This document shows, in pieces, positions 1 to 8,167 of a stretch of DNA of 33,016 nucleotides. The stretch is from Planctomycetota bacterium (lineage in GTDB: Bacteria; Planctomycetota; MHYJ01; WSZJ01): positions 1-33,016 of the forward strand of contig JBBTCT010000030.1 of NCBI GenBank assembly GCA_038060895.1, read 5' to 3'. The position numbers and the translations under genes are program-made. A model generated the notes under the pieces. It worked only from the letters and a program-made list of their open reading frames with translations. It had not been told where the DNA came from and did no database searches. How positions within the stretch are numbered: the stretch's first letter is position 1; each line of letters begins with the position of its first letter.

Positions 1-88
1 ACGCACTCTCTAATTCGCCCTTGATCGGGAGGGCCTTCTCATGGAAGTTGAAGTTAGCCCTTTTCCCTCAACGGTATACTCCTCCGCA

Positions 89-1192
89 ATGGCTACCCCC
101 CGCGTCAAAGTTTTCGGTGCCGGTTCCGCCGGCAATCACCTCGCCCACGCCTCGCGCTCGATGAACTTCGACGTCGTCGTCTGCGACGTTGATGAAAAAG
201 CGCTGAGCCGCATGTCGAAAGACCTCTACCAGAACCGCTACGGCCGCTGGGATCCCGCGATCCAGCTCTTCACCAACGACAAGGCCCCCAAGGGCGGCTT
301 CGACTACATCCTCATCGCGACGCCGCCGGAGAACCAGATGGCGCTGGCGATGGAAGCCCTCGAAGAGAAGCCGAAAGCGATCCTGGTCGAGAAGATGGCG
401 TGCCCGCCGCACATGGAGCTGGCGCACGAGGTCTTCGAAGCGGCGAAGGCGGCGGGGGTGCGGGCGTTTGCGGGGTACGACCACGTCGTCTGGCGCGCGC
501 AGGAACTGGCCGAGGAGCAGGTGTCCGGCCGCGCGGTCGGCGACGTGCTCACGGTGGACGTCGAATTCCGCGAGCACTGGAAGCCGGTGCTGGACGCGCA
601 TCCCTGGTGGACCGGACCGGGAGACGCATGGCTCGGGCACTGGGAGCGAGGAGGAGGCGCGGGCGGCGAGCACTCCAGCGCGCTCAACCTGTGGCAGCAC
701 TGGGCGCACGTGCTGGGCAAAGGGCGCGTGTCGGAAGTCGAAGCGATGGTGACTTACGTGAAGGACGGCAAGGCGCACTACGACTCGATCATGACGATGA
801 ACTTGCGCTCCGAGAAGGGCCTGCAGGGGCGCGTGGTGCAGGATGTCGTGACGCGGCCCGCGAAGAAGCAGGTGAACGTGCAGGGGACCGAAGGGCGCAT
901 CGAGATGGTCGCGAACCACTCCGCCAGCGGCGACGCGGTCTTCCTGTATCGCCCGGGAATGCCCGACAAGATCACGCCGGTGCACAAGAAGCGGCCCGAG
1001 GATTTCATCGCCGAGGTCCGCCACATCTGGTCCACGGTCAAGGACAACAAGCCGTCCGCGATCGACCTCCAGCGCGGGCTCGACACGGCTCTGGTCATCG
1101 CGGCCGCACACGAATCCGAGGCGCGCAAGACGCGGGTGAAGATCGACTGGACCGTCGGATACACGCCGGAGGCGATTGTCTCGTGTGGGTAA
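89..1192 (+). CDS. Gfo/Idh/MocA family NAD(P)-dependent oxidoreductase
   Basis: N-terminal Rossmann motif VFGAGSAG, then IATPP, ILVEK and a C-terminal dimerisation-type region. ATG 89 is preferred over 41 because the fold starts just after it and TATACT lies at 75-80. Confidence 0.85.
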   Translation: MATPRVKVFGAGSAGNHLAHASRSMNFDVVVCDVDEKALSRMSKDLYQNRYGRWDPAIQLFTNDKAPKGGFDYILIATPPENQMALAMEALEEKPKAILVEKMACPPHMELAHEVFEAAKAAGVRAFAGYDHVVWRAQELAEEQVSGRAVGDVLTVDVEFREHWKPVLDAHPWWTGPGDAWLGHWERGGGAGGEHSSALNLWQHWAHVLGKGRVSEVEAMVTYVKDGKAHYDSIMTMNLRSEKGLQGRVVQDVVTRPAKKQVNVQGTEGRIEMVANHSASGDAVFLYRPGMPDKITPVHKKRPEDFIAEVRHIWSTVKDNKPSAIDLQRGLDTALVIAAAHESEARKTRVKIDWTVGYTPEAIVSCG

Positions 1193-1820
1193 CCCCACCC
1201 CTTCCATAGCTGTGGTCGTCTTCGACCTCGACGGCACCCTCATCGAGTCGGACGCGGTCAAGACGCGCGCGTACTTCGACATTTTCCCACCGGCCGCCGA
1301 GCCCGTCGTCCAGGCCGCGATCCGCGCGGATCGCTACGAGAACCGCTTCGCCCGGATCGCCCGCATCCTCCGCGGGCTTCACGGCGCGGAGCCGGCGCAG
1401 GCGGAAATCGACCGGCTCGCGAAGGCGTACAACGACATCTGCGAAGGGCATCAGTCCACCTGCGCCGAACGCCCCGGCGCATCCCGAGTGCTCGCGAGCC
1501 TCGCCGCGAAGCGGCCGTTGTACGTGTGCTCGGGGACCTGGGAGGAGTCGCTCCTGCGGGTCGTGAAGGCGCGCGGGTGGCAGCCGCATTTTCGTGGCGT
1601 GTATGGCGGTCCGCGCAAGAAGGCGACGAATCTCGAGCGCGTCGCGGCCCACGCCGGCTGCCGGGAAACCGACATGCTCGTCGTCGGCGACACGCGCGAC
1701 GATTTCGACGCGGCCGCCGACAAGGGGTGCGCATTCCGCGGCGTGAAGAGCGGCGCTTCGGATTTCGGCGACAAAAAGGTCACGCTGATCGCGGACCTGA
1801 CCGAGCTGGAGTCGCTGTAA
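1185..1820 (+). CDS. HAD family hydrolase (phosphoglycolate phosphatase-like)
   Basis: Motif I FDLDGTL, motif II VCSG, motif III Lys (GPRKK), motif IV VVGDTRDD. Overlaps the upstream stop. Start is GTG 1185 or TTG 1176. Confidence 0.88.
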   Translation: MGNPTPSIAVVVFDLDGTLIESDAVKTRAYFDIFPPAAEPVVQAAIRADRYENRFARIARILRGLHGAEPAQAEIDRLAKAYNDICEGHQSTCAERPGASRVLASLAAKRPLYVCSGTWEESLLRVVKARGWQPHFRGVYGGPRKKATNLERVAAHAGCRETDMLVVGDTRDDFDAAADKGCAFRGVKSGASDFGDKKVTLIADLTELESL

Positions 1821-4753
1821 TGGAAGCGCCCACGGGCGTCGTGACGCTCGTCTTCGTGGAGGGCCCGGCGGGGCTGGATCCGCGCGCGGGCCTCGCGGCG
1901 GCCGGGGGGTTCGAGGTGAAGTCGTCCCCGGGCGCCTGCATGGCGGCGTTCGCCGAGGCCGGGGCGGCGGTCCGGTTCGCGCTTGGGGCCCAGCTGCAGG
2001 CGGCGCCTGCCGGGGTGCGCGTCGGGATCGCGACGGGTGAAGCGATCGTGGAGCGCGACACGGCGACGGGGCGCGCGGACTATTTCGGCCCGACGGTCAA
2101 TCGCGCCGCCCGCATCATGAACGCCGCGCATCCGGGGCAGACGCTGCTGTCGGAAACCGCGCGCGCCGCGGCCGGGGACATCGCGACCGTGCGCGACCTC
2201 GGGGAGCACCGGCTGCGCGGAATCGAGCGTCCCGAGCGGCTCCACCTCGCCCTCCCCCCGGAGTGGAGCGCCCGCGAGTTTCCGCCGCTACGCACCCTCC
2301 GAACAGTTCCGACGAACCTCCCGCCCCAGTCCAGTACCTTCGTCGGCCGCGACAAGGAACTCGTGGACCTGGCCTCGCTACTCGAATCTCCCGGCGCCCG
2401 CTTCGTCACCGTCACCGGCGGCGCCGGCGTAGGGAAGACGCGCCTGGCGGTGCGGGAAGCGGCGGCGCGGGTCGACCGCACGGCCGGCGGCGTCTGGTTC
2501 GCGGACCTCGCAGAGGAGCGCGGCGCGGATGGAATCGCGCGGGTCGTTGCGGAAGCGATGGGGCATTCCGGCGTCGGAACCGACGCGGTCGCCGCGACGG
2601 GCGCCGCCATCGAGGCGCGCGGCCCCGTGCTGATCGTGCTCGACACGTTCGACCTGCACCTCGCGCACGCCGCGGCCACCGCCGGCGCCTGGGCCGCCCG
2701 CGCTCCCCAGGCGCGGTTCCTCTTCACCAGCCGAGTCCCCATCGGCCTCCCCGGCGAGCGCGAACTCCGGATCGAACCGCTTCCGGACAACGACGCCATC
2801 CGGCTCTTCGCGGACCGCGCGCGCGAGGCCCGGCCGGATTTTGAGCTGGGCCTCGAAAACGCGGGGGACGTGGCGCGGATCTGCAGCGAGCTGGACGGGC
2901 TGCCGCTCGCGATCGAGCTCGCCGCGGCGCGCGTGCGGATCATGCGGCCGGCCGAGATGGTGAAAAAGCTCGGGCAGAAGTTCCAGCTCCTGCGCTCGGC
3001 GCGCAAGGACACCACGGCGCGCCAGATGACCCTGGCGGCCGCGATTGAGTGGAGCGAAGAGCAGCTCGCGCCGTGGGAGCGAAGCGCGCTCCGGCAGCTC
3101 TCGGTGTTCCGGGGAGGATGCTGCGCGGAAGCGGCGGATGCCGTCGTCGATCTCGCCGCGCATCCCGGCGCGCCCGCCGGCAGCGCCGCCGCGCGCGCCC
3201 TCGTGACACGCGGCCTGCTTGTTGCGCGCGAAGGCGAGTTCGGCACGCGCTTCGCCATGTCGCGGACGCTCCTCGACTATGCCTCGAGCCGGCTTCCCGC
3301 GGAGGGACCCGAAGGGCGAGGCGCCGTCGAGGAACGGCACACCGCGTGGGTCGTGAAGTTCGCGGCGTACCTGGAGTCGCCCGCGGCTTTGGGCGACGCA
3401 CGCGACTTCGCGCGCCCGGAAATCGAAAACGTCTTCGCCGTGCAGGACAGGCTGCAGGGGCGCAAAGGCTCCGAGCGGACCGTGGCCGAGGTGGTCGCTT
3501 CGATCCGCAGCTCGTTTCTCCGCCGGGGCCCGCTGCAGGAAGGCGCCGACCGGTTCGCGAAGGCGCGGGAGGCCTTCGGATCCGCACAGACGGACGCCGA
3601 CATTCAGATCGCAATGAAGCTGGCGCTCGGACACCTGAGGATCCTGCGCGCGATGGGCAAGTGGAAGGAAGCGCTGGTCATCGCCGAAGAGTCCGTCCGT
3701 CTCGGGCGCCTGCGTCCGCCGGCGGGCCTGCTGACGGATTCGCTCTGGGAGCTGGCGTACACCGCGGGGTCCTTCAGCGACTACCAGCGCTCGGACGCCG
3801 CCCTCGCGGAGGCCGAGCAGATCGCCCGCGATACGAACAACACGATCCGGCTGGTCAGCTGCCTGTTCCTGAAAACGGCCAGGATCCGCGGGCTCGGCGA
3901 CGCGGCCGGGGCGCTGGTGGTGGCCGAGGAAGCGCTGGAGCTGGCGAGGCAGCGCCCCGAACGGGCGGACGCGTTCGCGGAAGCGCTGAACGGGGTCGCC
4001 AACGCGCTGTCCGAAACCAGCGATCCGGTAGGGTCGATCCGGTTGTTCCGCGAGGCGATGGCCATCGACGAACGCCTGGGGAACGAGTCGGGGATGGCCA
4101 TGCGGCTCGGAAACCTCGGCGATGCCCTGTGCGACGTAGGCGAATTCCCCGCGGCGCTCGAAGCCTACGACAAGGCCGCCGCGATCGACCGCCGCCTTGG
4201 CCGGCAGACCTACGTCATGTACGGGCTCATCCGCCGCTCCGCCGCCGTCCGCGCCCTCGGCGACCCGGCCGGCGCCCTCGCCCTCCTCGAGCAGGCCCGG
4301 CCGCAACTGGACCGCACCGGCAGCGGCCAGCTCCACGTCATCTGGGTCCACCACCGTCTCCAGGCCCTCCTCTCCCTCGGCCTAGCCGCCGCCGTCGCCG
4401 GCGAATACGAAGAAGCGCTCCGCCTGTCGCGCGCGGACGAAGACGCCGTCAAGGCCGCAGGCGCCGTCTCCCTCGGCGTGCGGGCCCTGCTCCGGCTGGG
4501 CCGCGCCGCGGAAGCCCGAACCGTTTTCACCCGCGAGTTCCCCGCCGGCGTTCCCCTGAAACTCTCTTCCACAGATCGATTCATGCTGTTCGCCACGCAG
4601 GCGCTCGTCTACGAAGCGACCGGCGCGACCGACGAAGCGCGCGCTTCGGCGCTCGAAGCCGCAGAGCTGGCCAGGCAGCTGCTGCGGTCGCACGGCCCGC
4701 GCAATGCGGTGCTGGCGGAGTTTTTGCAGGACGTGACGCGCCTTCGGGGGTGA
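1820..4753 (+). CDS. Degenerate class III nucleotide cyclase + STAND/NB-ARC-like ATPase + TPR protein (copy 1)
   Basis: Start is in a TAATG overlap with the HAD stop. Cyclase motif DYFGPTVNRAAR, LGEHRLRG linker, Walker A GGAGVGKT, Walker B LIVLDTFD, GLPLAIELAAAR, and TPR-like repeats (e.g. LGNLGDALCDVGEFPAALEAYDKA). Confidence 0.85.
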   Translation: MEAPTGVVTLVFVEGPAGLDPRAGLAAAGGFEVKSSPGACMAAFAEAGAAVRFALGAQLQAAPAGVRVGIATGEAIVERDTATGRADYFGPTVNRAARIMNAAHPGQTLLSETARAAAGDIATVRDLGEHRLRGIERPERLHLALPPEWSAREFPPLRTLRTVPTNLPPQSSTFVGRDKELVDLASLLESPGARFVTVTGGAGVGKTRLAVREAAARVDRTAGGVWFADLAEERGADGIARVVAEAMGHSGVGTDAVAATGAAIEARGPVLIVLDTFDLHLAHAAATAGAWAARAPQARFLFTSRVPIGLPGERELRIEPLPDNDAIRLFADRAREARPDFELGLENAGDVARICSELDGLPLAIELAAARVRIMRPAEMVKKLGQKFQLLRSARKDTTARQMTLAAAIEWSEEQLAPWERSALRQLSVFRGGCCAEAADAVVDLAAHPGAPAGSAAARALVTRGLLVAREGEFGTRFAMSRTLLDYASSRLPAEGPEGRGAVEERHTAWVVKFAAYLESPAALGDARDFARPEIENVFAVQDRLQGRKGSERTVAEVVASIRSSFLRRGPLQEGADRFAKAREAFGSAQTDADIQIAMKLALGHLRILRAMGKWKEALVIAEESVRLGRLRPPAGLLTDSLWELAYTAGSFSDYQRSDAALAEAEQIARDTNNTIRLVSCLFLKTARIRGLGDAAGALVVAEEALELARQRPERADAFAEALNGVANALSETSDPVGSIRLFREAMAIDERLGNESGMAMRLGNLGDALCDVGEFPAALEAYDKAAAIDRRLGRQTYVMYGLIRRSAAVRALGDPAGALALLEQARPQLDRTGSGQLHVIWVHHRLQALLSLGLAAAVAGEYEEALRLSRADEDAVKAAGAVSLGVRALLRLGRAAEARTVFTREFPAGVPLKLSSTDRFMLFATQALVYEATGATDEARASALEAAELARQLLRSHGPRNAVLAEFLQDVTRLRG

Positions 4754-4978
4754 CGAAATCCCGATGGGAGACGCTGTCCTCCTCTCCACAACTCACCTAC
4801 GCAATGCCTTGGAAATAGCGTGAGATAGTCCCTCCTCCCCGACCGCTGTGCTACTTCCGATGAGGCAGGGGTGCTTCCAGAGATAGCCAGCCGATTTCTG
4901 TGACGCGACCAAACCTTGCAGGCAGTTACGTCGCGACTCGAGTGCTGGTGGCGCCTCCCGATGTAGCATCTACTTCCC

Positions 4979-7900
4979 GTGAAACCCCCTTCAAAGTCCG
5001 TGACGCTAGTTTTCGCCGACCTGGCTGGCGCGCTGGAATTTGAGGCCCGGCACGCGGCGGCGTTTGCGGAGTCGGCGTCGCGCTGGCGAACGCGGGCACA
5101 GGAGCAACTCGGCGAAAGCGGGGGATACCTGGTGAAAGCGATGGCCGCCGGGATCATGGCGGCGTTCGCGGACGCGGGGAAGGCCGCGTTTTTCGTGACG
5201 CAGATTCTTGTCGAGGCCGAACGCTATCCGTGGCCGGGAGGCGCGTCGCCGGTGCGCGTGGGCGTGAACACCGGCGAGCCGATTCTCGAGCATGATGCGG
5301 GGACCGGCCGGGCCGACTATTTCGGTCCCGCCGTGAACCGCGCCGCCCGGCTTTGCGCGGCGGCGCACTCCGGGCAGGCGCTGTTGTCCGCTTCGACTCG
5401 CGAAGCGGCTGGCGCTTCCATTTCGGACGCCGACGTGACGGATCTTGGTGAACACCGGCTGCGCGGTCTCGAAACGCCGGAACGCGTCTTTCAGTTGCTG
5501 CCTTCGGCATGGCGCGGCCGCCATTTCCCTCCGATCGCCGCGGCGGCGAGCCTGCCGACGAATCTGCCGCCGCAATCGACGTCGTTTGTGGGGCGTTCGC
5601 GGGAAGTAGCGGAGCTGGAAGGGCTGATTGCGGGCGGAGTGCGGGTGATTGCGCTTGCGGGGCCGGCGGGGTGCGGCAAGACGCGGCTGGCGGTGAGGCT
5701 GGCGAGCGGGCTCATGGCGAAATTCCCCGGCGGCGCTTGGCTCGCGGATTTGTCGGAGGTGACCGACCTGGCGGGGGTGGCGGACGCCGTGGCCATGGCG
5801 CTCGGCGTGCAGCTTCCGTCGGGGCGGGCGCCGGCGGAGGCCGTGGGCGATCTGCTCGAATTCCGGCCGCCGCTGGTGCTGGTGCTGGACACGTTCGACC
5901 GGGTCAGGAAAGAGACAGCGGCCGCGGTGGCCGCCTGGGCGGCGCGCGCGCCGCGGTCGGTGTTCGTGCTGACGACGCGGGCGACGGCGGGCGTGCCGGG
6001 GGAGCGCGAAGTGCGCGTCGATCCGCTCGGCGCTCCCGGAGAAATCGCGAAGGGCCCCGGGGCGGCGGAGCGGGCGGCTGCTTCGGAGTCCGTGAGGCTG
6101 TTCGTGGATCGGGCGCGGGAAGCGCGGCCGGACTTCCGGTTGACGGACGAGAACGCTTCGGACGTGGCGCGGATCTGCGCGGAGCTGGAGGGGCTTCCGC
6201 TCGCGGTGGAGCTGGCGGCGGCGCGGGTCCGGGTGTTGTCGGCGGCGGAGATGGTGAAAAAGCTGGGGCAGAAGTTCCAGATCTTAAGGAGTGCGCGGCA
6301 GGACACGGCGCGGCGGCAGCAGACGCTGTCGGGGGCGATCGAGTGGAGCTGGGACCAGCTTTCGGAGTGGGAGCGGAGCGCGTTTCTGCAGGCGTCGGCG
6401 TTCGTGGGGGGCTTTCACGAGGAAGCGGCCGTGCAGGTGATCGACCTGTCGGCGCATGCGGGAGCGCCGTCGCCGGGCGCGGCGGTGCGCGCGCTGGTGT
6501 CGCGGAGCCTGGCGACCGTTTCGGAGACGCCGCGCGGGCCGCGGTACTCGATGTACCGGACGATCCGCGAGTACGCGGAGCGGCGGCGCGCGGAATCGGG
6601 AGCGGAGGGGGCGGCGGCGGAGGACCGGCACGCGGCGTGGTGCCTCGAGGAAGGACGTCGGCGCGAGGCGAGGCGGCGGACGCCGGCGGAAGTCGAGTCG
6701 AGGGACCGGATTTTTGCCGAACTGGACAACGTCTTCGCCGCGTGCGACCGGCTGGCCGGCTCGAAGGCGGCCGACGCGCCGGCGCGCGCGCGCCGCGGAT
6801 TCCAGACGCTGCTGACGCTCGAATGGCTTGCGGAGCGGTACTGCCGCAATCCCGGAATCCGCCTCCGGGCCGAGCAGGGCCTGATCCAGCTCGCGTCGCT
6901 CCCTCCCGCGCCCGGCGACGACGCGCTATGCGCGAACCTTCACACGATGGTAGGGGTCTGCCTCTGGACCCTGTCGGAACGCAGCGCGGCGATTCGCCAC
7001 TACGACCTGGCCATCGCCGCGGCGCGCGAATCCGGCGACCCCGGCACCGTGGCCCATGCTCTTTCGGGGAGAATCCAGGCACACTGGTCGGGCGGGCAGT
7101 ACGAGGACGGCCTCCGCCTCGCCGGCGAAGTCGAACGGATCTACCGCGAACTCGGCGATACCGGCGCCCTCGCCATGATCTCCAACACCCGCGCCGCGCT
7201 TCTCCTCTGGCGCGGCGAACTCCGCCCCTCCCTCGCCGCGTTCGAAACCGCCCTCGCCTTCAGCCGCAAGGTTGGCTGGGGTTACGGCACCGCCATGATC
7301 GTGGGGAACATGTCGCTGGCCTACAAGGAGCTGGGCGACCTCGCCACATCGGAAAAACTCTGCCGCGAATCCATGGCCTACGCCGATGCCGAAGACTACC
7401 CGTCGCTCAAGTCGACCTGCCTGGGAAATCTCGGCGGGCTCGTTTCGGACTCGGGACGCTATGACGAAGCCCTTCGGCTGTTCGAGCAGGCCGCGGACAT
7501 CGACCGCAGCCTGGGCGACAAGGCGCTTCTCGCCAGGAAGGACGGCAACAGGGCCGTCGTCCTGCTGCGGCAGAAAAAGTTCGAAGAGGCCCTGAAGATC
7601 TTCCAGGCCTGCGACCGCCATTTCCGCGAGCTCCTGGATCACGCCGCGGTCACCACGAATCTCACGAACACGGCGGCCGTGCTCATTTCGTTGAACCGGC
7701 ACGAGGAAGCGCTGGTCCACCTGGAAACGGCGCGGGTGGAGGAGGCGCGCACGGGGGACCGGCTGGGCCTCGCGCACATCGACCAGTACGTCGGGCGAAT
7801 TCACTTCGAGCGCGGACGGCACGAGCAGGCGGTGGGCCTCCTGCGGTCGGCGGTGCAAACGGGACGCGAACTCGGGACCGGGCAGGCCGCGCGGCACCTC

Positions 7901-8092
7901 GTCGCTGTCTGCATTCTTGCGCTGGCGGAGGAGAAGCTCGGGAGGCAGGCGGAAGCGGTCGCGCTCGTGCGGGAGATCGAACCTGCCATGGAAGCGTATG
8001 GGAAAATAGAAGGGAATTGGGACGAGGCACTGCGCGAATACTGGGACCGGGCAAAGTTGATCCCGGCAAAGACAAAGACGAGTCGCGAATAA
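4979..8092 (+). CDS. Degenerate class III nucleotide cyclase + STAND/NB-ARC-like ATPase + TPR protein (copy 2)
   Basis: VTLVFAD, DYFGPAVNRAAR, Walker A GPAGCGKT, Walker B VLVLDTFD, GLPLAVELAAAR, and TPR repeats (LGNLGGLVSDSGRYDEALRLFEQA). GTG start. Confidence 0.88.
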   Translation: MKPPSKSVTLVFADLAGALEFEARHAAAFAESASRWRTRAQEQLGESGGYLVKAMAAGIMAAFADAGKAAFFVTQILVEAERYPWPGGASPVRVGVNTGEPILEHDAGTGRADYFGPAVNRAARLCAAAHSGQALLSASTREAAGASISDADVTDLGEHRLRGLETPERVFQLLPSAWRGRHFPPIAAAASLPTNLPPQSTSFVGRSREVAELEGLIAGGVRVIALAGPAGCGKTRLAVRLASGLMAKFPGGAWLADLSEVTDLAGVADAVAMALGVQLPSGRAPAEAVGDLLEFRPPLVLVLDTFDRVRKETAAAVAAWAARAPRSVFVLTTRATAGVPGEREVRVDPLGAPGEIAKGPGAAERAAASESVRLFVDRAREARPDFRLTDENASDVARICAELEGLPLAVELAAARVRVLSAAEMVKKLGQKFQILRSARQDTARRQQTLSGAIEWSWDQLSEWERSAFLQASAFVGGFHEEAAVQVIDLSAHAGAPSPGAAVRALVSRSLATVSETPRGPRYSMYRTIREYAERRRAESGAEGAAAEDRHAAWCLEEGRRREARRRTPAEVESRDRIFAELDNVFAACDRLAGSKAADAPARARRGFQTLLTLEWLAERYCRNPGIRLRAEQGLIQLASLPPAPGDDALCANLHTMVGVCLWTLSERSAAIRHYDLAIAAARESGDPGTVAHALSGRIQAHWSGGQYEDGLRLAGEVERIYRELGDTGALAMISNTRAALLLWRGELRPSLAAFETALAFSRKVGWGYGTAMIVGNMSLAYKELGDLATSEKLCRESMAYADAEDYPSLKSTCLGNLGGLVSDSGRYDEALRLFEQAADIDRSLGDKALLARKDGNRAVVLLRQKKFEEALKIFQACDRHFRELLDHAAVTTNLTNTAAVLISLNRHEEALVHLETARVEEARTGDRLGLAHIDQYVGRIHFERGRHEQAVGLLRSAVQTGRELGTGQAARHLVAVCILALAEEKLGRQAEAVALVREIEPAMEAYGKIEGNWDEALREYWDRAKLIPAKTKTSRE

Positions 8093-8167
8093 CGGAGAAT
8101 AAAAGAGAATACGGCTTCAGACTTCAGTCCCGCGACCCGCGCCTTTCTCCTTCGGTTCGAGCATTCG

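Noticed and set aside
1526-1819. N-terminal ORF extensions from the track (1526, 12855, 12988, 13851, 24214, 32475, 32993)
   Set aside because: They overlap neighbouring genes, promoters or repeats. Domains, signal peptides and RBS/-10 signals begin at the internal starts used above.
4754-4978. Lower-GC spacer between STAND copies 1 and 2 as a possible ncRNA
   Set aside because: No convincing stems, repeats or known motifs were found by eye, so it is probably a promoter region.
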